The notes under the pieces are model-generated. The model had not been told where the DNA came from and ran no database searches. It saw only the letters and a list, made by a program, of their open reading frames with translations. A stretch of 64,000 bases of DNA from Saccostrea echinata (lineage: Eukaryota): assembly GCF_033153115.1 (NCBI RefSeq), contig NW_026889779.1:30752001-30816000 (forward strand), written 5' to 3'. Shown one piece after another: positions 11,653-24,408 of the stretch; the stretch's first letter is position 1; the number at the start of each line of letters is the position of its first letter. A program made the position numbers and the translations under genes.

Positions 11653-12235
11653 CTTACAAACTCTTCTCATGAACAATAGACCAAATTTAGTGATTTTTAA
11701 TATGCAAACATTGTCAAGCCATGTAGGTTCAAGTTTTATACCTCTGGGGATAGGGTGGGCCACAATGGAGAATCAACGAAAAAATGTTTTTAAAAATTGC
11801 ATAAAGAATAGCATGGTCAAATCATGAAAACTATGTACAAGTCATGAATGAAGCACAACTGACCAAATAGTTTTGCCGCTTAGAATGGCAGTATAAATAT
11901 GGAGAAATTTTTATGGTCTCGATTTCACGCCCAGTAGGGATATTGACAACAGTTTTGGGGAATGTTTTGTTGTGAAAGTGGTACAAGAATATGTTAGGAA
12001 AACACAGTAATATTTTGAGATGGCATCTGCAATATACGGAAAAATAAATCAAGAAATAGCACACTTTCGTGAACCATAAATACAAAATTTTTTCAGTGGG
12101 TGGCACTCTAGCTCTCTGATCATCCATCCCAATTTTTTCAGACCAGCAAGCTACATATCTGCACCTATAATCACTTGTATCCCCTTGTGTTCAGGGTTTT
12201 TTATGTATTACAGTGTATAATTGCTATGTTTTCAG

Positions 12236-12333
12236 AGTCGAGTCCATTCCTGTCTTCCATACAAGAATCCCTTTCCCGCTTACTTCTACAGATGCCCAGT
12301 AAATATACATTCACAGAGCTTATGGATAAATGG
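12236..12333 (+). CDS. MED15: MED15 coding exon
   Basis: ESSPFLSSIQESLSRLLLQMPSKYTFTELMDKW; ttcAG|...TGG|GTaaa. Confidence 0.9.
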
Positions 12334-12512
12334 GTAAATACTTCCTTATTTATTAATTTTGTCTGCTAATCTCTTTTTACTTGTCAGACATCATAGAAAT
12401 TCTTATCAGGTTAGCCTGCATTTTCATTGTAAAATATAAAAAGATTGTTCTCAACCTCTTGTTTGAGTTGAAAAACAGTTTTAACTTTTGAAGATGTTTG
12501 TTGATTTTGCAG

Positions 12513-12551
12513 GAGATGAGCATAAGAAGAGCGTGCGCAGCACCATCCTAG
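12513..12551 (+). CDS. MED15: MED15 last coding exon
   Basis: tgcAG|EMSIRRACAAPS-TAG; matches the MED15 C-terminus W..S.R.AC. Confidence 0.88.
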   Translation, partial: EMSIRRACAAPS

Positions 12552-12639
12552 GGTTGATGGCTGTGATAGATAAACTGTGTGTGGATGGGATACTAAGAAA
12601 GGCTGTGTGAGAGAAACTTTTGATTGTTTGATGAATATG

Positions 12640-12720
12640 AATAAATTTTATGTGTCATTTACTGTATATATATATATTGTGAATTGTTCACATGACTGTT
12701 GTTGAAGATATGACAATAAA
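12640..12720 (+). promoter_or_regulatory. Candidate MED15 polyadenylation signals
   Basis: AATAAA at 12640-12645 and 12715-12720, followed by GT/T-rich sequence. Confidence 0.6.
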
Positions 12721-14820
12721 TGATTTTTCGAATCTTTTGTGTTTACAAGAGTTATCTCTCTTGTGTCGTGGTTCTGTTTGGGTTTTGTTCACCTTTTCCT
12801 CCTCCTTTTGACTTTTGTCTCCTCAGCTTGACCCGATCAGAACAGGCACTGTGAAATTTAACACGCTTGTTATCAAGTGACCCTAAATAATTTTGTGATG
12901 GCGACAATCGCCTCTATAAAATCTTTGGACGTCTCCATAATGAAAGGAGGAGGGAAAATAATTGACGCGTGGTCTATAGGTTCGTCAGAGTTTATTGGGA
13001 ATATTTTGCATAAATGATAAAATAACAATGAATGTGAACTAAATGGTTAACAGTGACGGGGCCTTTGTCGGTCGGGTGAAAAGCATGGTCAACCAGGGTG
13101 AATTTTACAGAAAGCTACATATTGTGGCAAGTCACTTGTCAGCTTACAGAATGATTGTCCATTGCTGATCAAATCAGCAAGCACTTACATTGTATATTAG
13201 TCTCCCGGATGGGTGAAGTTGCGTTTATTTAGATTCATCGTTACAATACATTCCAACATATAATTCAGTATAACATTTACATTTGATATATTGTGACTGT
13301 GAACAAAATTTTGACGAATTATACTTGAAGGAACTAAGTTTTTCTCTGTTTACGTTAGAATTAAACGACTTGCATATGGTCAAGCTGTTCACGTAATAAT
13401 CACTGATAACTGGTAATGATGTATCGGAGTAGCTAGGTTGAAGAGTATCTGATCCTGTGAGGAGTTTTCAAAATGCATTGCATTTTTCTAAATGTAACGT
13501 GGGACCAGTTTATGCGAACTTTTTTCACACAGGCGACTTGACGTTTTAAACACACTGATAAACATTTCTGTTCTGAATAAAAAATTGTACATACTATAAT
13601 ACTATAAAAGCTTTCATTATAGTCTGGAGAATTTTTCATTTGGAAAAAGAAATGTTTAACGGTGTTTAAAACGTCAAGTGTATGTGGTTTTTCACCACTA
13701 GATATCATCAGGGTATTGTTTCTTTGGTAGTATAGTAAGGTGTTTTCCTTTTTTATGCGTGATAAGTTAATGAGGTTAATGAAGGAAATTTTTAATATGG
13801 GATCTCGACTTGTACAAGAACGTTGAACCAGTGCTTCAATGTGGTGCGTTAATTTAAGGCCATATTACAGTAAGCCATTAGGTCAGGTGAACGTCAAAAG
13901 ACGTGCGCTTTGTGTAGGAGGTCAAAGTCCTGTGTAGAGAGGATCTTTTCAATACACATTTTATGAAATTTACCTTAAGAATATATCAACAAGCAATTAA
14001 AACTCTACTTATGTAAGTTTTTTACACCTGATTATTTTCACAATGACACCTCTTTGTGTATTGAGGTTGTTGCCACTTTTTATGCTACCGTATACTTTCT
14101 TTACATGACTGTTTAGACAAGGAAGGTGACTGTCCTATTATTTTTTGCAGTGTGCAGTATTAGAAGTTTAAAATCTCTTAAGTTGAACTCAATGGGCAGA
14201 TATTAGAGAATCAGAGAAAAAATAGGGGCTTATAACTTAACTTTTTTTTGGCGGGGGGGGGGGGGGGGTGTTCCGATATGCCGATGTCGATAGACAGTTT
14301 AAAAAATAAGTTGGATTATATATTTCATTCGAAGGGCGAGATGTGAGACAGCATCTCTCTTTCCCCTCTCTCTTTCTCTTTCAAGTTCGAGATTGCAACC
14401 CTCTCCTGGATCCGTCACAGTTCTAAAACACTTAAAGCAGTTATACATTTGTATTTACAGTTATACTGAATATCAGTCATTTCCTTTATTTCTGATAAAA
14501 ACCATTGTTGTTTAAAATCAGCCAGTAAACAACGCTAAGCAAGCCACTTGCATAGATTTCTTAAGCAACGGCTAGTACCATCAATTATGCATACAATGAC
14601 ATACACACCCTATTATACAATATTTAACATATTTAATTTACTTTGAATGTGTTTTTTTTATAAAGATATAAATATACACAATTAAATGTCTTTCTTTGTA
14701 TGTTAGTACGGGAATAACGTCGCGGCTATTGCAGAAAAATTTCACATAACCCGCTTACGCGGGTTATTTATTTTTTCTGCAACAGCTGCGACATCCAAAG
14801 AAAGCATTTATATTGTTTAA

Positions 14821-15238
14821 GTTGATTGATTGATTATTGCTAAACGCCGAGTTGACGGTGTTTCAGCCATATTTCGGCGGAAAATTAAGTTCATATGACT
14901 GGTTTTTGAAAGACTTGGGTTTCTATGGCGGCCCCAGTAAGGCCAATTTTAAAATCATGTTTGTTTGCCCTCTCCCGACTCAGGATGAAAAAATTGCATG
15001 GGAAGGTAGGTAAGCAACGATTTTTTTTTTCAGAAAATTTCAATGCTAATTTTTTAAAATACATTGTCCAGAATACATAACAAAAAAATGCTTCCTGGAG
15101 GTTAAAAAAGTTTTTAGTCGGGCCATTTTTTAGCCAGTTGGTCGAGAGAGGGCAAATAAACATTTTTTTAAAGATGGCCTAAGCCTACTTTTTTTTTTCC
15201 AGAGGAACGATCTTTTGCGTGCCAAAGGGAGTGTAATC

Positions 15239-15270
<32 letters not shown>

Positions 15271-15281
15271 GACGGACGACT
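14821..15281 (-). mobile_element. 5'-truncated SINE with Nin/Deu-like core and (AATC)n tail
   Basis: Minus strand GTCCGTCGGATGGGACGTTAAA...TGGCACGCAAAAGATC resembles the Deu/Nin domain and the core of the SINE at 29354; tail AATCAATCAATC. Confidence 0.6.
14941..15179. mobile_element. PIF/Harbinger-like MITE
   Basis: TAA|GGCCA...TGGCC|TAA; ~40-bp imperfect TIRs (ATGTTTGTTTGCCCTCTC / GAGAGGGCAAATAAACAT); 3-bp TAA TSD. Confidence 0.75.
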
Positions 15282-16728
15282 TAAATATATATTTAATTGT
15301 AATATGATCGGATTATTAAACTTTTAAGTTCGTTATTAAACATTAACTTGTGCTCTGCTGATCTGTGTCCAAATACTTCCATTTAATACAAAAATATTTT
15401 GCTGTAAAGCGAAGTAAACGTGAATGTCCTCAAATCAGATAGTGCCACATGGAGAGACAGAGGGAAAACAAGACTAACCCTAAAGCCTGATAATTGGTCT
15501 TTTAATGTTCCATGTAAAAGCTTTGGATCAAGCTACCATCATCACGGCTTCTTAAGATGCCTGGCGGTTAGCAATCCGTAGACAGGGGTGGGAAATATGA
15601 CAGGCAGCAAGCCACACAATAAAGGGGGATATCCTCGCGAGTTTGAACCGAAGGCAGGCGATCCCCTGCTAAATCACATGGGTAATTTGTGTGATGTATG
15701 TAATTACCCACACCTGTTCCCTGCACGTGTGTCAACCCCAAAATCAAGCTTAAACTCGACCTTGTTAGTAACTTTCCTCATATTGTCTCTAGCAATATAA
15801 TGCACCTCTCTCTCTCATCATTCATAATCAGCTGTAGTTAGAAATCGGGAAACAATGACATCGCCTGATTTATTCGTCTTCATCAGAAGGAAGCAAATTC
15901 ACTCGATTTGGACGTATCACAACATTGTAATATATGTCTGATCGAACATTTCGAGCAGCGAAAATTATCGGAAAAAGTAACTTGTTAACATCGATTGTCA
16001 CAGAAACGGGCACCCCACCCCCTTTATTGTATTCCTCAAAAGAAAGAAGCTGGGTATATATATATAATCTCTCTTGTCTGTATCATTTCGTATCGGAGAA
16101 AAATTGAAAGCTTTTATTTGACACAAAGATTGCTTGTGACAAGAGAGAGTTTCAAGGTCTAAACAAAGGTCATTTGGGTAAGTTCAAAGTCACTGGCAGA
16201 GAAAGGGTATAATTCTTGTCAGGTTCATAACTTTCTTTAATAAAAACAAAACAAAGGAAGCTCATACTTGACAAAGGACCCGACAGGCATGTCAGGACCT
16301 TGATCCTAGGTAATTTGTACATGTAGAAGAATGTACAGTTCCTGTTCTAGTCAAGCAATAGAGAAAATGGGGAACTCTAAAAATCAAAAAGATTGCCTTT
16401 CACCTTAAGGTGCCTGTGACCTTCACTCAAGGATATTTGGGTTAGGTCAAGTTAGGTTGCAGAAAGAGTAAAATTTGTGTCTGGTTTATAACTTTGTAAG
16501 AGTGAAACTTTTGATGCTCATACATCACTCAGAGATTGCTTGTGATATCCTGGGGGTATGTCATGATCTGAATCATAGGTCATTTTGGCAAGTTCAAGGT
16601 TATTGGCAAGAAAACTTGTTGAAATCACTTTGTACCATAGAGTTACTTGATGCAAATATTTGCATGTCCTGGTGGGGTGTGAAAATTTTGACCTAAGATC
16701 AATTGTACAAATTATAGTTCACTATCTG

Positions 16729-17543
16729 AAACAAGAGGCCCATGGACCACAATGCTCACCTGATTAACTATGGCTCTTCTAGTTCTTCATCAGCAGGTTC
16801 TTCTTCCTATCTACTCCTATGTAAAACTTGGATAATTTTGTAGCATTGTAGCCACACCCCACCCAAGGGGGTCATGATTTGAACAAAATTGAAACTACAC
16901 TACCTGTGAATGCTTCCGTATAAATATGACTACTAAAGGCTTTCCTGTTCTTGAAAAGATTTTTAAAGATTTTGTTGTATGTATTTCTATTGCCCATTGT
17001 GGCCCCATCCTCTCCCCAGGGGTTATGATTTGAAGAAGCTTGGATTTACCCTACCTTAGGATGTTTCTGTTAAAAGATGACTGATCATGGCTTTGGTGTT
17101 CTTGAGAAGATTTTTAAAGATTTTTCCTATATATATTCATGTAAAATTTTGATCGCCCATAGTGGCTCAACCCTACCCCAAGGGGGACATGATTTGAGCA
17201 AACTTGAATCTACACTACCTGAGGATGCTTAAATAATAAATATGACCGACCATGACTTTGCAGTTCCAGAGAAAAGATTTTTCCTATGTGTTCCTTTGTA
17301 AAACTTTGATTGCCAATTGTGCTCAATTGCCCAATGGGGTCATGATTTGATAAATTTGCACTATATAAAGAAGCTTTCACACATTTTTCATCTTTTCTGA
17401 CCCAGTGGTTCTTCATCATCATCAGATTTTTAAGTGACCCATCCAATTTTCACTATTTCTTAATTATCTCCCCTGGGAAGAGGGTGCGACTCTCCATTTG
17501 AACAAATTGGAATCCCCTTTACCCAAGGATACTCTGTGCCAAG

Positions 17544-17574
<31 letters not shown>

Positions 17575-17650
17575 TGACGAAATTGTAAAAAGTTTACGAC
17601 GATGACAACAGACAACAGAAAAATTTGGATCAGAAAAGCTCATTTGAACC
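16729..17650 (-). mobile_element. HINE, reverse orientation
   Basis: AACAAGAGGCCCATGG..GCTCACCTGA at left, reverse-complement monomers, GACAGAC repeats and GATCAGAAAAGCTCA at right. Confidence 0.78.
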
Positions 17651-19532
17651 ATGCAAAATGACTATCCGAATTTTACTTCAAAAACTTCTTATCAACAATT
17701 CCAAAAAATTGCAAGGGAGGGGAGGGGGGGTCATTCTGGTAGCTTGCTCACAGTACCTCTAGTGACAATGTTATGTACAAAACTTTGTGTCATTTCATTT
17801 TGAAGGAATTAAAATCAGGAAGGAACCATCTTCAAGGTAATAAAATATTATTTTTCTTGTTGACTTGGTCAAAATTTACTTCTCAGTTGCATCAGAATGT
17901 ATTGTACCACTACACAGGCAAATATGTAGTCATAATAAAAATTCTTAATAAGGAACTCCACTTGAACCTTTTCTTGGCCTGATCTCAGCCTTGATCAACA
18001 TTTGAACACATTACCTGTATATATATGTAATACGTAAACAAATTCATTAGAGTTAACATGCTCCTAAGACGTCTTCTTGTAAAACTGGCACATGTACCCA
18101 GCTAGTACTTGCAAAATGGGAAATCCAATCACTTAACAGTCCAAAAATAACTCATATTTATTGGTAACTAATATATTTTATTTCAGTATATTTAATTTCA
18201 AATGAGTATACTAAATTTATTATTTTATATGTACAAAATGAGATGCATGCATTTATAATTATCCTTCACACAGACAAATAGAATTTGATGTCAATTCTCA
18301 TCACTTTTTTGGGGGGTTTGCATAGTACTATCACAACATTCAACTATAGAAATGAACATTTAAAATGAATTTGAATTACAGAAAGAAGGCTACAGTAATG
18401 GTGAAAATAGAGTATAAAAGCTACATGTACAGGTAGAGTTAACATAATAATTAAAATGTCTACATGCAAATGTAGAAAAAGGTAGAAATGATGAGGATAA
18501 TATAACACAGTTAAACTTCTATAGTACTCTACAACAAATGTTTTATATACACAACAGAACATGTGTAAAGCTAGCATGAGGGACAAATCCTGGTCATATA
18601 CATAACAGGGACCACTATAAGCAGATTCATAATATGAAAGCAGGGTATCATATCAGAAGCTTAGCCAAATCAACTGTGCAATTTCTGGTTACATTTTTGT
18701 TTATAATCAGGAAGCACCATTTCAATCAGTATCTAATCATTTCATCATCTAAAGGGTTTTTTTGTACACCAATGCACAAAATTTTATGTACAAATGATTT
18801 ACAGAATTGTTTTTCAGACCTCCTTTAGTCTAGATATCACAAGTAGCCTCTTTTTCAAGATGAATTATTTTACCCATGATGCATTTGTATGTTTTATGTG
18901 AGGTATTCGTTGGTTATGATTCATATCTATATGTAATTTGCTGGACTTTGAGTATTTTTAAGATAAATGAATACAGAGGGATTTTATGGATGACATCAAA
19001 TGCTGCAACCACAACCAAATTCTGGAGTGTTTGAGATGTTATATAGAGTATATCAAAAGGAGAAAATATATAGTAATCACCTTTTTCAGGTAATACATAC
19101 CTCTACCGGTATTTGAATTTGATACTGGCCAAAGATTACAAAACCATACAGATTCCATTTGATTACATTTTCATACATCTTATTTAGCACTAATTCCACC
19201 CTTCCAGTCTTTTAAGATAAAAAAAAAAGTACTATATGACAATGTGAAGTAGAAATACATATGATAAAGTAACTCTTTACACACTTATATGTACAATGAC
19301 AGAACATACACAAATATTTGAATTCATAAATCTAAACCCAGATAACTTCATGTTCATTCATCTTAACCACACCACAAATCTCAATTTCACAGAATTCGGT
19401 ACCACTACATTTCACTGTCTTAGATGAGAAGACCAAAATCTGACAGACATAAAAGATGTAATATTATGTAAACTATACTCTAATACAACCATATACTTCA
19501 TTATCATTTTACAGAATGAAGAGCAATTCTTC

Positions 19533-19827
19533 TCAGATTAAAATAAAGCTGTCTTTGGATTCTACATCACACACACAGCCATCCTTTGGTTTAGTAATCA
19601 TTTTCCACTGTCCATTGCAATACGGGACATCCACAGCCTTCCAGCGTGTGGTGTGGTTGTACACGCCATGTCCAATACAACGGGTTCCAAGTTCCTTGCT
19701 CATTGCGAATGGATCACACTGGATGCACACCGTTCTGTTCAACTGTAGTTCATTGGCCCACTTTTTATCAGCTCCCGACTTATTGCAATACAGGCTTGTA
19801 GCGACGATGGTAAATTTGGCACAGTAT
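19533..19827 (-). CDS. SBSPON: SBSPON-like, exon 4 (Cys-rich C-terminal domain)
   Basis: tttAG|A; YCAKFTIVATSLYCNK...TVCIQCDPFAMSKELGTRCIGHG...RWKAVDVPYCNGQW...CVCDVESKDSFILI-TGA; C-terminal SFI.. typical of SBSPON. Confidence 0.88.
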
Positions 19828-19938
19828 CTAAAATAAAATTTTGAACTATTAGTCCTACCCTCTGTTCAGTGCCCTTAATCAGAGCTATGGCTTTGCTATG
19901 AGAATTATTCAGTAAAACATAGGCAAAAGTAAATAATA

Positions 19939-20113
19939 CAATCAAACCTCAGTATCTCAAACACCAATATTTCGAATACCATGGATATGTCAAAGTAATT
20001 TGGAAGCCACAACCACTTATTATTTAAGTATTTTACACTTGATATCTTGCATCCTTGGATATCTTGAAGTTTTTTCTCAGTCCCATCAAGTTCGAGATAA
20101 CAAGGTTTGACTG
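19939..20113 (-). mobile_element. Tc1/pogo-like MITE, copy 1
   Basis: TA|CA(G)TCAAACCTC...GAGATAACAAGGTTTGACTG|TA. Confidence 0.75.
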
Positions 20114-22540
20114 TATATGTAATCTCAAAACCCATTAGTACAGATGCTCCTTCTAATCAATAATCAATTATGTATGTGCATTTCTCAGTTATCAATGGAA
20201 TTCAGAGAAAAAAAATGAATTAAAATGTTGGCAAAGGGTTGAACTGAGAGTGCTGATACCAATCTTATTCCAATTTCCCATCATTGAAAGCTTAATAGGC
20301 CAGTAGAGCACACCAGTACAAATTACATGTCTTGCAAGGTGTTCAAAAGAAAAGACAAACCCACTTGTACTGCAAACTAACCATAACAAAGTTATTTTTG
20401 AACAAGAAATGGTGCAAGTCTTACTTTAAGGATTTAGTAAATCCATTCTTAATTGTTTTAGAAATGAATGTATATCTGAGTTATTTTGGAGTGTTGCCAT
20501 GCCACTCTTGACTTTTTAGACTTAGGAAATGGGGTTGCATCTTACATGGATGTTTACATCCCTAATCAGATAAAGATATTCTTCATGCTTCAGAGAACCG
20601 ACCCTAACTCAGGCACTAAGGTATGGCAGAACACGCTTCATGTTTTTAATCTGTTTTCCTCTCTCCTAAGCAGGTGCAACCTAGATGCTAATCTAGAATT
20701 CATGAAACAAAAAAATACATTCATAAAATTGATGTCTGTTTTATTGGATTCAATCAAACTTAATTGGAATTTAAATCCTCGAGGATTCACTTAATTGGAT
20801 TACTGAATACGGAAATGTTGGGTCATCCAGAAGCATTTATAGTGCACAGCAACTTAAAATAGTACTTTAAGAGGGGAAAAAGTGAAAAAAAATAAAGATC
20901 TCAGATGACAAATATCTTATATAGAAACTGTCCTTTTTCAGATAAACTTTTAACAAGCGGTTGCCACGCTGACATTTTTCAGTAACTTGCATCTGTCAAT
21001 CATAATTATATGGTAAGCTACTACAGATTTGTTTATGGAGAGTTTCAATGGCTTCAAGTTACAAATACTACAATCAAAGTGAAATTAATTCTTTGTGTGA
21101 CTGTCAGATTTTGTCATTTGATTTCATCCCCAATACAAAGAAGATGATCGGCAAACCCTTGACCCCTCATACGTGAGGTGCAGTTAAGTGAACATAATGA
21201 CGTATTTGCGTGGATTTGTGTTTTCTCTCGACAACCAGGTGTCTTCCCGGATAACCATATGTTTAGAGGGATGCACATATCTACTGTAAAAAAAACAGCT
21301 TTTCACACAATCTGAGGATTATGATAAGGAAACATGATCAAATTTTTAGCACCTGCAAGTATCATTAAGAAAATATCAAAATTTATCCATGTTTTAACTA
21401 TTTTTTTAAGTGGATCTTGTATCTCTCCAAATTAATGCTTGATTTGGGAGATAACTAATATCCTGGGAAAAGTACACTCATTCACAATTTTTTTTCTTCA
21501 TTCAGAATTTTTTTTGTTGGAAGTAAAATCTTAAAGCTTAACACTGAGGCTTTACATGGTTTCCTACGCAATTAAGAGAAGTCGGGGCTTTGAACAAGGA
21601 AATTGCCATAGCTATGAATCATTCACTTTTTGAGAGCCATACAACCATTCATAAATTTGTGAAATGTACATTGGTAATTTTGTTCTATTTTGAAAGAATT
21701 AAAGAAGATTTAATGATAACTCACACACACACACGTGAAATTTTAGCTACAATAAAAAAGAAACTTTATAAAGAGAGATTTAATATGTTTGACTAGACAG
21801 CAATTGATTGAAAGCCCATCACATTCAAAAGTGTGATTTTTTCCCCCTTTATCCTCAAGTTCTTATCAAGTATACATACAAGACTTGTTTGATCTTTAAA
21901 ATTGTTAAATTTTTGTTTCTTATAAAAGCATGAATAAGAGGTACTTCAGTGCTTGAAAAAACTGAAACTTAATTCTAATACATGTACAACAAAACACTAA
22001 AGACAACCCTTTACTGTTTCCCAAGTGCTGAAAATCACTGAAACTCAATATGACTATTAACACTGGTAAATTTCAACACTGGCCTGTTTATTGAGTGAGT
22101 CAATTTCTCTGAGAGGGTGTCAACTTTCTGTAATTGTAAGTTTTTTTAGGATCTGTCTGGCTGTAGCAATTCTCTTTGCCAGCTACTGACTCCACACCAA
22201 TTATTCTACATTAGAATGGGAAGTTAACCTTGTTTCCAGTGGCTCTGTGTGTGTGCATCTCCCAGACTCTTCCATACACAAATGTCTGAACCAAGACAAT
22301 TTTCCTTAACTAATGTGTTAAACTCAAAAGCATAACAATTGCACAAAGTTAGAGAGTAAAAATTTGTAGCACAACCACTTCTTTCTAGCAAAAGGTCAAA
22401 TAAAGTAAAACTAACAATTCTTTTAGCATGAGAATGTGACTAAAATTAGTATTTCAACCTCTTCCTTTTCAAAATCAGTAGCATAACCACTTTCTTTTAG
22501 CAAGAAAGGGAAAATCCGTAGTAAAACCTCTTACTTTAAG

Positions 22541-23200
22541 CAGGAGAGGTAAAATCTGGAATACAACCACTTCCCTTTAGTAGGAGAGGCAAAATCTGGA
22601 ATACAACCACTTCCCTTTAGTAGGAGAGGCAAAATCTGGAATACAACCACTTCCCTCTAGCAGGAGAGGCAAAATCTGGAATACAACCACTTCCCTTTAG
22701 TAGGAGAGGCAAAATCAGGAATACAACCACTTCCCTCTAGCAGGAGAGGCAAAATCTGGAATACAACCACTTCCCTTTAGTAGGAGAGGTAAAATCTGGA
22801 ATACAACCACTTCCCTTTAGCAGGAGAGGCAAAATCTGGAATACAACCACTTCCCTTTAGCAGGAGAGGCAAAATCAGGAATACAACCACTTCCCTCTAG
22901 CAGGAGAGGCAAAATCTGGAATACAACCACTTCCCTTTAGCAGGAGAGGTAAAATCTGGAATACAACCACTTCCCTTTAGCAGGAGAGGTAAAATCTGGA
23001 ATACAACCACTTCCCTCTAGCAGGAGAGGTAAAATCTGGAATACAACCACTTCCCTTTAGCAGGAGAGGTAAAATCAGGAATACAACCACTTCCCTTTAG
23101 CAGGAGAGGTAAAATCTGGAATACAACCACTTCCCTTTAGCAGGAGAGGTAAAATCTGGAATACAACCACTTCCCTCTAGCAGGAGAGGTAAAATCAGTA
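22541..23200. repeat. 40-bp minisatellite, ~16.5 near-perfect units, with degenerate units from ~22350 and to ~23260
   Basis: ATACAACCACTTCCCT(T/C)TAG(T/C)AGGAGAGG(C/T)AAAATC(T/A)GGA, exact period 40. Confidence 0.95.
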
Positions 23201-24281
23201 ACCCAATATTTTCATTTAGCATGAGATTCAATCAGAAAAACTTCTTTCCTTTAGCAAAAGAGCTAAAAAACACTTCCCAATCAAAGAGAGTAAATAAGAC
23301 CACTTCTAAGGTTTACATTCAAAAAACAAAAAGTAAAATTACTGTTTCATGTGTATTTCCTCCTTCATAAAACTATATGGGCATTCCAAATTCTATACTA
23401 TTGACCACAATATGCTTAACACATAATAATTGTAACAGGTGGTTAAAGTCTGTTCACCTAAATCTCCAAATACAAGAAAATTGAGAAATGTATGCAAAAT
23501 AATTGGTGAATAATCCTGCTCACATTCAGGCACTTGCAAAGACTCTTTTTTGAAAGAAATTCCCCGTCCTGCAAGCTTAGATGTTCCATTTGTACCCCCA
23601 ATTATATCTCTGCCACCCACTGATAAAACACTTGATCTTTTCCATATAACGAGTGTAAAACATCTCAGTTTCTACTTGGATGGGTATTTTGTTTCCTATA
23701 TACCAATACTAAATTTGATATATTGACTATAAATGTAATTCAGACTCTTACTTTAAATTTTCAAAGAGAAATGCTACCACGGAGTGTAGCTTGATATTCT
23801 AATCATTAATTCTACAGATACATGTACTCTGTGCCTTTGGTGTTGGTGCTTTCCAGGTGCTAGACTTAATATCAATTAACCTTGGACCAAAAGGCTTCAT
23901 TGTCCGTAGATCATTAGAAATGTATTGGCTGTAAGGTCTCTGAATATGGGAGAGAATTAGTTTTCACAAAAAAGCTCTGAATCAAATTTGAATGGGTAAA
24001 ATTGCATCCTAAGGATTTGACTGTGTGCACAGCTGAGACAGGCAGATGGGGACAGGTAAGCAAAGGTAAATATCCAGGTGTGAGGACTTAGAAGAAATTC
24101 CTGTATCATTACATGAACTGGTTTGGTTTTCAAACAATGTATTCGGTGGATCATCTTAATATGTGAGTGATCAAAGCCTTGAATCCTTTTTATCTTTATA
24201 AACTACACACTTATTGAGGTGGCTGTGACCTGATGATAGAAAACTGAAAAAAAAAACTGTTCTATGTTCTTTGCTACTTAC

Positions 24282-24408
24282 GGTAATCTAGTAGGGACTT
24301 CATTGCTGAGGCGATTTTCTATCAGATTTCTCCTTATATCATGTTCCATACTGTACAAGCTACTTGTTCTCCATCTTCCAAATTCTGCTGGTAAAATCTT
24401 CCCAACCT
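24282..24408 (-). CDS. SBSPON: SBSPON-like, exon 3
   Basis: acAG|...CC|GTaagt; EVGKILPAEFGRWRTSSLYSMEHDIRRNLIENRLSNEVPTRLP; phases fit exons 2 and 4. Confidence 0.82.

Noticed and set aside
12780-16030. CpG-richer intergenic stretch as a hidden gene or promoter
   Set aside because: No coherent exon chain or recognisable peptide was found; partly explained by SINE and MITE sequence.
22541-23200. CRISPR-like regular repeat
   Set aside because: Units are contiguous with no unique spacers, there are no cas genes, and the context is a eukaryotic intron.
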